A stretch of 36,755 bases of DNA, from positions 1 through 36,755 of the forward strand of contig JAWXBZ010000252.1 in NCBI GenBank assembly GCA_034440375.1, in the 5' to 3' direction. The DNA comes from Candidatus Eiseniibacteriota bacterium (lineage in GTDB: Bacteria > Eisenbacteria > RBG-16-71-46 > JABDJR01 > JAWXBZ01). The position numbers were made by a program, and so were the translations under genes. The first letter of the stretch is position 1, and every line of letters begins with the position of its first letter. Under the pieces are notes generated by a model. It made no database searches and was not told the origin of the DNA. It saw nothing but the letters and a program-made list of their open reading frames with translations. Shown piece by piece: positions 7,742 to 15,592 of the stretch.

Positions 7742-10033
7742 GTGACGACAACTGCGCTGAACGCGCCATCTCCGTATTCGGACCATCGGACCCTGATGGA
7801 ACCAGTCATCATTCCGCGATCGGAGCATCCGATCTCGCGGAAGAGCATCGATCCCGATGCCGTCAAAGTCCTTTATCGACTTCACCGCGCCGGTTTCCAG
7901 GCCTACCTGGTCGGCGGCGGCGTCCGGGATTTACTTCTCGGTCGGAATCCAAAGGACTTTGACATCTCGACCGACGCCCACCCCCATCAGGTAAAGCGGC
8001 TGTTCCGCAATTGCCGCCTGATTGGTCGGCGCTTCCGGCTGGCTCATGTCCACTTCGGCGCCAAGATTGTCGAGGTCTCCACGTTTCGCAAGCGAACCGA
8101 GCCGGTCCCCGACGAGATTGTCGGCCTGGGCGAGGAGGAAGATATCCTGATCCGGAGCGACAATACCTTCGGCAACGCCGAGGAAGACGCCCTCCGCCGG
8201 GACTTCACGATCAACGGGCTCTTCTATGACATCGGCTCCTTCGCGGTCATTGACTACGTGACCGGCCTCGATGACCTCAACGCCCAAACCATCCGGACAA
8301 TTGGAGCGCCTGGCATCCGCTTCCGGGAGGATCCGATCCGGATGATTCGGGCCATCAAGTTTGCGGCGCGCCTGGACTTCCAGATCGAGCCGGCGACCTG
8401 GCAGGCCATCCTCGAAAACCATGACGAAATCTTGAAGAGCGCACCACCACGGATTCTTGAGGAGATCTATCGCCTTCTGGGTGGGGGCGCTGCCGAGCGG
8501 TCATTCCATCTTCTCGAGCAAAGTGGGATGCTGGACATCCTCGTCCCCCAATTGACCGAGTATCTTGAATCCCGGAGTGCCGAGAACGGCCATGGCGCCG
8601 AACAAAGTGTGTCCGGGATCCCGTCGCCAATGTCTCGCTGGCTCGCGGCCCTCGACCGCCTCCGCGCCGAGGATGCCCCGCTGACCAACGCGATCCTCAT
8701 CGGCGCCCTCGTCGGACCGATGGCTTTTGACCAGATCGGCGCGGGCGGCAACGGTCAACCCGCGGCTGGTTCGAGCGAGGCGGAAACCCGGGGAAGCGAC
8801 GATGCCGGTGAATTCGGCCAGGACGGTACCGACTTCGAACTCAGAGAGGAAACAGAGGATCGAATTTACGACGTACTGGCCACGCTCGGCGTGCCCCGCC
8901 GCGACACGGAGCGCCTTTTTCAGACGTTTCGAGCGATGCGGCGCTTCACCGGGCAGCGCAATCGGAAATTTTCTCCGCGATCGTTCGTCAGCAAGAATTA
9001 TTTCCCCGAGACGTTTCTCTTTCTCCACCTGGCCACCGAGGCCACGGGCCGATCAGAGGAGGTCTTGACGCGCTGGCGCAAGCTGGCCGAGGAGGCGGGA
9101 TTGGACGGATCTATTCCGACCGGAACGCGGCGACGGCGTCGCCGACGTCGGCGCAGCGACGACGACACGAGTCCGGGCTTTGAAAATAACCCGGTCAACG
9201 AGGACGGCATGGAACTGGAATTTGAACCGGGCGATGCACTCGAAACGGGTGCCGCCGAAGTCCTGGGCGTCGGGGCGGAACCGCCTCCCGCGCCGGCAGC
9301 GGAACCCGATCGACCTCGCGGACGAATCCGGCGCGACGCGGAGATACCGTCGGCCCCCGTGGAGGTGGCACCACCTCAACCAGTCACCCCGCATGTCGAC
9401 GAGGAGGATGAAGAGGACAGCCAGATACGATTCCTCGGGTGGTCCGACCAGCCGGAGATTCTTCGAGATCGCCCGGAGCCACCCCCGCTGATCAATCCGT
9501 ATACCCGTCAAGCTTCCGGGACCGGCCGCCGAAGCGGCGGTTTCCGACGGCCGGAAGGCGGCGGGCCTCGACAGGCTGGTGGAGGCTACTCCGGTCCCTC
9601 CCGGCATGGCGGTAGTGGACCCCGGCATTCGGACGGCGGGCCGCGTTATGGCAGTGGGCCACGTCCACCTGCCAGCGGCCCACGCTCACAAGGTGGCGGT
9701 CCGCGTCCCCATGAGGGCGGGCCCCGGCCGCCGGATGGCAATCCCAGGCAACAAGGCGGCTCTCGCCACTCTGGAGGCGGGTCAGGCGGACCGGGTGGGG
9801 GGCGCGGTGGTTACGCTGGTGGTCGTGACGGATTCGGTGGCCAGGGGCGCGGCAACCCAACCGGGGGAGCCCCCGACTCAGGTTTCGTTCCGCCGGATCG
9901 CGGCGGCCAGGGACGCGGTGGCCAGGGTGGCTTGGGTGGTCGTCAGCAGGGGGGCGGCACCGGGCCGACCGGCCCCCCGGGCGGACAGTCAGGCCGACGA
10001 CCGCGGCGGCGCCAGCGACGCCGAGAGGACTGA
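7742..10033 (+). CDS. pcnB: Poly(A) polymerase I with long low-complexity C-terminal extension
   Basis: LVGGGVRDLLLG..PKDFDI catalytic motif; PAP-specific LIGRRFRLAHV signature; RRDFTIN; EDPIRMIRA. Start is GTG 7742 or ATG 7796. Confidence 0.93.
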   Translation: MTTTALNAPSPYSDHRTLMEPVIIPRSEHPISRKSIDPDAVKVLYRLHRAGFQAYLVGGGVRDLLLGRNPKDFDISTDAHPHQVKRLFRNCRLIGRRFRLAHVHFGAKIVEVSTFRKRTEPVPDEIVGLGEEEDILIRSDNTFGNAEEDALRRDFTINGLFYDIGSFAVIDYVTGLDDLNAQTIRTIGAPGIRFREDPIRMIRAIKFAARLDFQIEPATWQAILENHDEILKSAPPRILEEIYRLLGGGAAERSFHLLEQSGMLDILVPQLTEYLESRSAENGHGAEQSVSGIPSPMSRWLAALDRLRAEDAPLTNAILIGALVGPMAFDQIGAGGNGQPAAGSSEAETRGSDDAGEFGQDGTDFELREETEDRIYDVLATLGVPRRDTERLFQTFRAMRRFTGQRNRKFSPRSFVSKNYFPETFLFLHLATEATGRSEEVLTRWRKLAEEAGLDGSIPTGTRRRRRRRRRSDDDTSPGFENNPVNEDGMELEFEPGDALETGAAEVLGVGAEPPPAPAAEPDRPRGRIRRDAEIPSAPVEVAPPQPVTPHVDEEDEEDSQIRFLGWSDQPEILRDRPEPPPLINPYTRQASGTGRRSGGFRRPEGGGPRQAGGGYSGPSRHGGSGPRHSDGGPRYGSGPRPPASGPRSQGGGPRPHEGGPRPPDGNPRQQGGSRHSGGGSGGPGGGRGGYAGGRDGFGGQGRGNPTGGAPDSGFVPPDRGGQGRGGQGGLGGRQQGGGTGPTGPPGGQSGRRPRRRQRRRED

Positions 10034-10067
10034 TCTCCCAGCCGCAATCGCTCACCAAATGTCAGGA

Positions 10068-10094
10068 GTGCTGGTTGGCTCCGCCGACCAGCAC
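10068..10094 (+). other. Stem-loop downstream of pcnB (possible terminator or 3' stabiliser)
   Basis: GTGCTGGTTGGC-tcc-GCCGACCAGCAC, 12 bp with one G-U; no U tract. Confidence 0.45.
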
Positions 10095-10208
10095 ACTCAG
10101 GCGCCGGCACGGCAGTCTGGTAGCCTGATCCGGCTCCGATCTCCAGAAAATGCTCATCCCCCCCGGGCCAAGGGTTTCGTGCGCCAAACGGGAGAGTGGG
10201 AAGCGATT

Positions 10209-10236
10209 GAACTGTTGGGTATCCGCTGGCGTCTAA
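10209..10236 (+). promoter_or_regulatory. ECF (sigmaE-like) promoter
   Basis: GAACTG-N16-GTCTAA, close to the RpoE-type GAACTT-N16-GTCnAA consensus, upstream of an exported PDZ protein. Confidence 0.55.
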
Positions 10237-10302
10237 TCATCCTGCGACGCCTCGGCATCAGGCGCGCATGAGTTCCATCGACCCCTCGAAAGGAGTAATC
10301 GC

Positions 10303-11412
10303 ATGTCAAGATTCACCTCGCGTCGCTGGTTGATCGCCGGCTGTCTGACGGCAACCATCGGGACCGTCACGGCGGTCGTGACGTCCGCCGGGGACCATGG
10401 CAAGAAATCAGGGTATGTTGTCATCTCGGATGGCGACGAAGTCTCAGCGAGCCAGGCCTACCTTGGCGTTTCAGTGCAGCGCCTCCGAAGCCGGCTCCGC
10501 GAGGCGCTGGATATCCCCTCCGACGTGTCCGGGTTGATGATCACCAATGTTCACGACGACACCCCCGCCGAAGAGGCCGGTCTTCAAAACCAGGATGTCA
10601 TCCTTCGGGTGAACAGCCAGCCGGTGAACGACGAGGACGACTTCACCGACCTGATTCGCTCCTTCAAGCCGGAAACCCACGTGTCCATCTCGATCTGGCG
10701 CAATGGCCATTCGAAGGACATCCCGGTGACGCTGGGCAGGCGCCCGCGGATGCGGTTGGAAACATGGGGCAAGGGCGATGTGCCAAGGGCGTTCTCGTGG
10801 AGCAGCGACGAGAACGACGAAGGCGCGTTCCATGCGCGCGGAATTCCGACCCCGCCTCAGGCACCGGCGGCCCCGGCCGTACCCCGGGTGCCCGGCATGA
10901 ATCGCCTCGATCATCCGGGAAATTGGAATCTCCATACCCTGGGCCAGCTGGGGGGCCGCGGCCGCCTCGGGATCGAAATTCAGGACTTGAACGAGGACAT
11001 CGCCCCGTACTTCGGAGTCGAGAAAGCCCAGGGGGTCCTCGTCTGGCGCGTCCGGGACGGCAGCCCTGCCGACCTGGCCGGGATGAAGGCGGGTGACGTG
11101 ATCGTGGAAATTGAGGGGAAAGCGATCGACTCCACGGCCGAACTCCGCGAGGAGATGGCCGATCATGACGAAGGAGAATCGATGGCCATCACCTGGCTTC
11201 GCCGCGGCCAGAGCCTGTCTGCCGGCGTCGAGCTCGAAGAGCGTGACGGGTCGGACACCTACATGTTTTCCGAGCGGCCCAGGCGGCGGGCGGCACAATC
11301 AGCCCCGGCCCCGGACGCGAGCCGCTCCATGGATCGAAGCGAACGGGAGATGGAAGCCCTGCAGCGCCGGATGGAAGCGCTTCAACGCGACATGGAACGA
11401 CTGAAAGACTGA
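10303..11412 (+). CDS. Exported protein with two HtrA-type PDZ domains, no protease domain, C-terminal coiled coil
   Basis: RBS AAGGAG; N-terminal hydrophobic segment; YLGVSVQ…TPAEEAGLQNQDVI and RLGIEIQ…SPADLAGMKAGDVI; no His-Asp-Ser/GNSGG protease motif. Confidence 0.88.
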   Translation: MSRFTSRRWLIAGCLTATIGTVTAVVTSAGDHGKKSGYVVISDGDEVSASQAYLGVSVQRLRSRLREALDIPSDVSGLMITNVHDDTPAEEAGLQNQDVILRVNSQPVNDEDDFTDLIRSFKPETHVSISIWRNGHSKDIPVTLGRRPRMRLETWGKGDVPRAFSWSSDENDEGAFHARGIPTPPQAPAAPAVPRVPGMNRLDHPGNWNLHTLGQLGGRGRLGIEIQDLNEDIAPYFGVEKAQGVLVWRVRDGSPADLAGMKAGDVIVEIEGKAIDSTAELREEMADHDEGESMAITWLRRGQSLSAGVELEERDGSDTYMFSERPRRRAAQSAPAPDASRSMDRSEREMEALQRRMEALQRDMERLKD

Positions 11413-11435
11413 AATTCGGAGGAGCCAGAATGAAC

Positions 11436-11471
11436 GAAGGCCCCGGCGGATCGGTTCCCGTCGGGGCCTTC
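11436..11471. terminator. Hairpin between convergent genes (probable bidirectional terminator)
   Basis: GAAGGCCCCGGCGG / CCGTCGGGGCCTTC 14-bp stem. Confidence 0.75.
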
Positions 11472-11494
11472 CTGTTGTCATCAGGGACCGGCTG

Positions 11495-12958
11495 TTACGG
11501 CATTACCACCTGAAAAGTGACCCGCCCAACTTCATCGCCGTTCAGATAGTGGCGGGCCATTCCCTTCGACCACCAGATCCATGTTGTCAGGATCCGATTG
11601 CCATTGTCTTTGTCCGTAAAGGTTCGAACCTCTTCCGGATTGCCCAGTTCGACCAGCGCCTTGGCTGCAACCGAGCCACTGTGCATGTTCTTGATTGTGC
11701 CGACGGACTCCTCGACCGGAGTGACCACCGCCTCGTCGCTCAGGGAGCTGCCCATGGAAAGGTAGCTGACGGCTTCCGGGCGCTTTCCCTGCTCCAGGTG
11801 ACAGATGCCGGCAAGCCGCCAGGCGGGCACCTCGCGTGGCGCCAGATCGATGTAGCGGAGAAATCGTGGTCCGGCATTCACGAAATCCTCGGCGCTGTAG
11901 AGTGCCGAAGCCCCGTTGTAGAGGGAGAGTGACTTCGTTTCCGCGTCGACCGAATCCGCGTCCGCCAGGACCCCGAAGATCTCGGCGGCCTTGAGAAAGC
12001 TCGCCTTCGCCGCGACCTTGTCGCCCCCGGCCTCAAAGCTTTCGGCTGTGATGAAATGCGTGTTAGCCAGATCGAACCGGACACCCTCCAGTGAGGGGTC
12101 CTGCTCGAGGGCATCTTCAAAGTAGCCGATCGCCTCGGCGTAGACGGCCCGGGTGGTGGCCGGATCTGTCGCGCTCTTGCTCCTGGCCAAAGCATCCTCG
12201 GCCAGCTTCACATTATTGCTCCGCGTGAAGCTATCGACGTTTTTGATGATCTTGTTCATGTTGTCGATCCGGGTCCCGCACGTTTTTTTCCGGTCGTGGC
12301 TCTTGAACTGGCTGCAATCTCCCAGCTCCGCGATTCGAACCTGGGCCATTTCCTTTGCCCTCTTCGCCTCCGCCACGGCCTCGAGGGTCTTCCCCATCTG
12401 CCGGTTGGTGTAGGCCACCTGGAAGACGCCCGAGGGATCTTTCGGGTCGATGACGTTGGTAAGCTTGAAAACTTCGTGCGCATCCTCGTACTGCTTCAAC
12501 TCCGCCAGGGCCAGCCCCTGCTTGTAGATGTCAACCCAGTAGTGTTGCCGGTTGTCGTCGGCGGCGCCGCCCTGTTTCTTGGGATCCATCATGGCTGCCA
12601 GGTCGAACTGGTGGGAGGCCTCGGCCAGCATGGGGGCGATGGCCCGGATGGCAGCCCGCCGAGCCTCCGGATCGGAAATGGCGGCTGTCGCGTCAAGCTG
12701 GATCGTGGCCACCTGACTGAGCGAGGTCGCCCAGAAGGTTCGATACTCGGCATTGGTTGAGTCACCCAGGACAGCCGCGGCAAATTCGCGCTCAGCTTTT
12801 TCGAATACCTTATGACTCAGGTAAAGCTTGCCACTCATGAAGTGGGCGTTTGGTGTCAGGGCCGGATCAACGTCGGCACCTAGGGCGGATCCCGCGATCA
12901 GGAGTCCAAGGCAGAGAACCGCAAATCGTGGTCCGGCAGCCATTTTAAGAATGCTCAT
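11495..12958 (-). CDS. Exported TPR-repeat protein
   Basis: Start moved to ATG 12958 (RBS GGAAAGGA; signal peptide ending ALG). Multiple TPR units, e.g. YAEAIGYFEDALEQDP and RYIDLAPREVPAWRLAG. Small beta-rich C-terminal domain. Confidence 0.85.
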   Translation of the reverse strand: MSILKMAAGPRFAVLCLGLLIAGSALGADVDPALTPNAHFMSGKLYLSHKVFEKAEREFAAAVLGDSTNAEYRTFWATSLSQVATIQLDATAAISDPEARRAAIRAIAPMLAEASHQFDLAAMMDPKKQGGAADDNRQHYWVDIYKQGLALAELKQYEDAHEVFKLTNVIDPKDPSGVFQVAYTNRQMGKTLEAVAEAKRAKEMAQVRIAELGDCSQFKSHDRKKTCGTRIDNMNKIIKNVDSFTRSNNVKLAEDALARSKSATDPATTRAVYAEAIGYFEDALEQDPSLEGVRFDLANTHFITAESFEAGGDKVAAKASFLKAAEIFGVLADADSVDAETKSLSLYNGASALYSAEDFVNAGPRFLRYIDLAPREVPAWRLAGICHLEQGKRPEAVSYLSMGSSLSDEAVVTPVEESVGTIKNMHSGSVAAKALVELGNPEEVRTFTDKDNGNRILTTWIWWSKGMARHYLNGDEVGRVTFQVVMP

Positions 12959-12965
12959 GTAATTT

Positions 12966-13025
12966 CCTTTCCAGTGCCGGCAGGTCCCTTCCGGTGCCGG
13001 CAGGTCCCTTCCAGTGACGACAGGT
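12966..13025. repeat. Three tandem 20-bp repeats overlapping the TPR-gene RBS
   Basis: CCTTTCCAGTGCCGGCAGGT / CCCTTCCGGTGCCGGCAGGT / CCCTTCCAGTGACGACAGGT. Confidence 0.95.
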
Positions 13026-13122
13026 CTACTCGCGTGGTGTTGTTTCACTTCAACTGACTGTTGATCCACTCGATTGGTGAATCTTGCGCCAGTTGGGTAA
13101 CCTGACCCTGAGGGGTGACAAA

Positions 13123-13151
13123 ATGATAGCGAAGCCCCCCGAAACCGACAA
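13123..13151 (-). promoter_or_regulatory. sigma70-type promoter for the TPR gene
   Basis: Minus strand reads TTGTCG, 17-bp spacer, TATCAT. Confidence 0.45.
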
Positions 13152-13307
13152 CCCAATCGTAGGGGTACTACACTCGCCAAGGACCGTGGTGCCCCTTCTT
13201 TCGGAATCTTGGATGCCTGCCGGTGTATCATTAGGAGTGAGCGCATCTTGATTCTGAACATCTTGGCCGGTTTGGGGTTCTGACCGGTCAGTCTATATAA
13301 TTCAATC

Positions 13308-13393
13308 AGGTTTTTTGCCGTCGCGATCCGGGCAGGTCCCTGCCTTTATCCTCTCCTAGCGGCCGGGAGGACGGACGCGGCGGCTCTTTTTTT
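13308..13393 (+). ncRNA. Candidate small structured RNA or orphan terminator
   Basis: TATAAT at 13296-13301; three-way junction closed by GCCGTCGCG/CGCGGCGGC and followed by TCTTTTTTT; no plus-strand CDS upstream to terminate. Confidence 0.4.
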
Positions 13394-13421
13394 GACCGCT
13401 CCGATTAAAATCAAGACACCA

Positions 13422-14237
13422 CTAGCCTGCTCCGGTTAACAATCCCTTCATCAATCTTGCGCTTGTCACCGCGCGCCCCATGTAGCAATTGTTGAAGAAT
13501 ACATACGTTTTCCTGGCCCGTGCGGCCATCTCCCTGATCCGATCGACCCAGCTTGAGAGCTCCTCACGGCTGTAGTCCCAATCGTAGCGATCATGTCCGT
13601 CCTTCTTCCACCAGCTGGCCGAATTTCGGCCGTGGAACCGGACGTAGGCCACATCGCTGGTAACCTTGGCCACCGGCGGAAATAGCCCGGGTAACGGGGG
13701 CTCGTCCACGGCGATGAATCCGAGGTTCAGATCGTGGAGAAATTGATAGACCTCTGGGCGATCCCAGCTGACATGCCGAAACTCCGCCCAGAGCGGCATG
13801 TCCGCGAGCGTCCCGCGAAGCCAGGCCAGGTGGGCGCGTCCGGCCTCATCGTTGCGATAGGCCCATGGAAACTGAAGCAGGACGCCTTGGAACTTTCCGG
13901 CTCGTTGAAAGGGCTCGAGGCAGGAAAGAAATGATCGGTAGATGTCCGGGTCCCTGCTCCGTCGATGCGTCATCGCCTCGTTGGCCTTCACGGTGAACTG
14001 GAATCCTGGAGGCGTCTTTTCCTCCAGACGGGCCATGACTGCCGGGTGCGGAATGCGATAGTAGGTTGAATTGAGTTCGACGCAGGGGAAGTGGTGGATA
14101 TAATGATCGAGGCGCTTCCCCTTTGGAGTGCCGGGCGGGTAGAAGGGACCCTCCCAATCGTCAAACGAATATCCGGAAGTCCCAATCAGAATCGGGCCGG
14201 GCACCCCCCCCTGGTTTAGCTGGGTCATCAAAGGCAT
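13422..14237 (-). CDS. DUF72 (YecE-like) family protein
   Basis: IGTSGYS..DW.GPFYP, VELNSTYY, LLQFP, EFRH.SW, YVRFHGRN, YVFFNN. TGATG overlap with the dinB stop. Confidence 0.93.
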   Translation of the reverse strand: MPLMTQLNQGGVPGPILIGTSGYSFDDWEGPFYPPGTPKGKRLDHYIHHFPCVELNSTYYRIPHPAVMARLEEKTPPGFQFTVKANEAMTHRRSRDPDIYRSFLSCLEPFQRAGKFQGVLLQFPWAYRNDEAGRAHLAWLRGTLADMPLWAEFRHVSWDRPEVYQFLHDLNLGFIAVDEPPLPGLFPPVAKVTSDVAYVRFHGRNSASWWKKDGHDRYDWDYSREELSSWVDRIREMAARARKTYVFFNNCYMGRAVTSARLMKGLLTGAG

Positions 14238-15424
14238 CAGCCCTCCTCCCCGTCCGAGTGCTTGAGCAGGGCGATGACTCCAGCTGGCATGATCGCGGAC
14301 TCCCCGAAGCGATCGCGCAGCCGGTCGCTCACTTCATCAAGCCGTCGCGCGCGCCGATCCTCCCCGAAAAGCGCAAAGCTTGCTCCGGACCGAACAAGGT
14401 GCCCCACGCTGACACCCAACCGGCGAATGGCTCGCCCATTCCGGTTGGCGGCCAGTAGCCGGCAGGATACCCGGTAGATGATCCGCCCATCGTCGGTCGG
14501 ACAAGCCAGCGCCTTCTGGCGGCTGATGGTGGCGTCGTCGCTGTGCCGAATCCGAATCGTCACCACAAAACCTGCCCATCCATCGCGCCGCAGGCGCCGG
14601 GAAATCTTGTCTGTCAGGAGGAGCAGGTGACGCTGGAGCCGGGTGTTGTCCGACAGATTCCGGGGAAATGTCATTTCGTGCCCCATCGAGCGGACAGCAC
14701 CCCCGCTGTCATCTGGAACCACCGGGCCGCCCCCTTCGCCGTTGGCCATTCGAACCAGCACACGACCCGTCACGCCAAAAACAGACGCGAGGGACTCACC
14801 GTCGGCGACGGCCAGTTGTCCGATCGTGGTGATGCCGATCTGCCCGAGGGCCGCCGAGGACTCGGTTCCAACGCCCCAGAGATCGGAGGTGGGACGCGAC
14901 CAGAATATCCGTTCGAAGTCGCCTGGTTGCAGGAGCGTCAACCCGTCCGGTTTGTTGAGCCCGGTGGCCATCTTGGCAGCCAGTTTGGATGGACCAATGC
15001 CGATCGAACAGGTCAGCCTCTCCTCGAGCCGGACAGTTTCCTGAATCTTTCGGGCGGTTCCGATCCCGCCATCGATCATCCCGGGGAGACCGGACAAATC
15101 AAGAAATGCCTCGTCGATCGAAGCCGGCTCCACGACCGGTGTGAACCGTTTGAAAATTCGTATCAGTGATTCAGCAGCCGACAGGTACCGGGGCGGGTCA
15201 ACCGGAAGGAAGATGGCGTCCGGGCAGCGCGATTGAGCCTCGCGGAGGGACATACCCGAGCGAATGCCACAGGCGCGGGCAGGATACGAGGCGGTCGTGA
15301 CGACCTGTCGACCGGGGGGGCCACCCCCAACGAGGAGAGGTTTGCCGGCCAATCGAGGGTTTGCCCGAACCTCAACCGCGGCAAAAAAAGCATCCATGTC
15401 GACGTGGGCAATCGATCCGACCAT
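14237..15424 (-). CDS. dinB: DNA polymerase IV (Y family)
   Basis: HVDMDAFFAAVE, TASYPAR..GIRSGM, SIDEAFLD, SIGIGPSKLAAKMA, LWGVG. Confidence 0.95.
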   Translation of the reverse strand: MVGSIAHVDMDAFFAAVEVRANPRLAGKPLLVGGGPPGRQVVTTASYPARACGIRSGMSLREAQSRCPDAIFLPVDPPRYLSAAESLIRIFKRFTPVVEPASIDEAFLDLSGLPGMIDGGIGTARKIQETVRLEERLTCSIGIGPSKLAAKMATGLNKPDGLTLLQPGDFERIFWSRPTSDLWGVGTESSAALGQIGITTIGQLAVADGESLASVFGVTGRVLVRMANGEGGGPVVPDDSGGAVRSMGHEMTFPRNLSDNTRLQRHLLLLTDKISRRLRRDGWAGFVVTIRIRHSDDATISRQKALACPTDDGRIIYRVSCRLLAANRNGRAIRRLGVSVGHLVRSGASFALFGEDRRARRLDEVSDRLRDRFGESAIMPAGVIALLKHSDGEEG

Positions 15425-15430
15425 GAAGCC

Positions 15431-15459
15431 ATTATACTAATCATAAGATTAGTTTTCAA
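15431..15459 (-). promoter_or_regulatory. dinB promoter (probably leaderless) with a palindromic operator filling the spacer
   Basis: Minus strand: TTGAAA-17-TATAAT, then 6 nt to the ATG with no SD. Perfect palindrome ACTAATC-N4-GATTAGT at 15436-15453. Confidence 0.85.
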
Positions 15460-15467
15460 ATAGTGCT

Positions 15468-15496
15468 TTCAAGAGGGTTGCCCGGGCGTGTATCCT
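15468..15496 (+). promoter_or_regulatory. sigma70-type promoter for pabB, back-to-back with the dinB promoter
   Basis: TTCAAG, 17-bp spacer, TATCCT. Confidence 0.4.
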
Positions 15497-15592
15497 GCGA
15501 CCAGTCTTGAGGTTCCATGAGTTGCTCATGAGGATCGCCGGCCCTGGGGCACCGTCCCGGGGCGCGGCGATTTTCCACTGTAGGGAGGTTCC

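Noticed and set aside
10233-10240. CTAATCAT and CTAAACAT (31631-31638) as further SOS-like boxes
   Set aside because: Only left half-sites; the right half does not match, and the downstream genes are not repair genes.
12966-13025. 20-bp repeats as a CRISPR array
   Set aside because: Directly abutting units with no spacers, and no cas genes in the window.
12959-13261. 101-codon N-terminal extension of the TPR ORF
   Set aside because: It runs through the repeats and predicted promoter; the SD and signal peptide fit ATG 12958.
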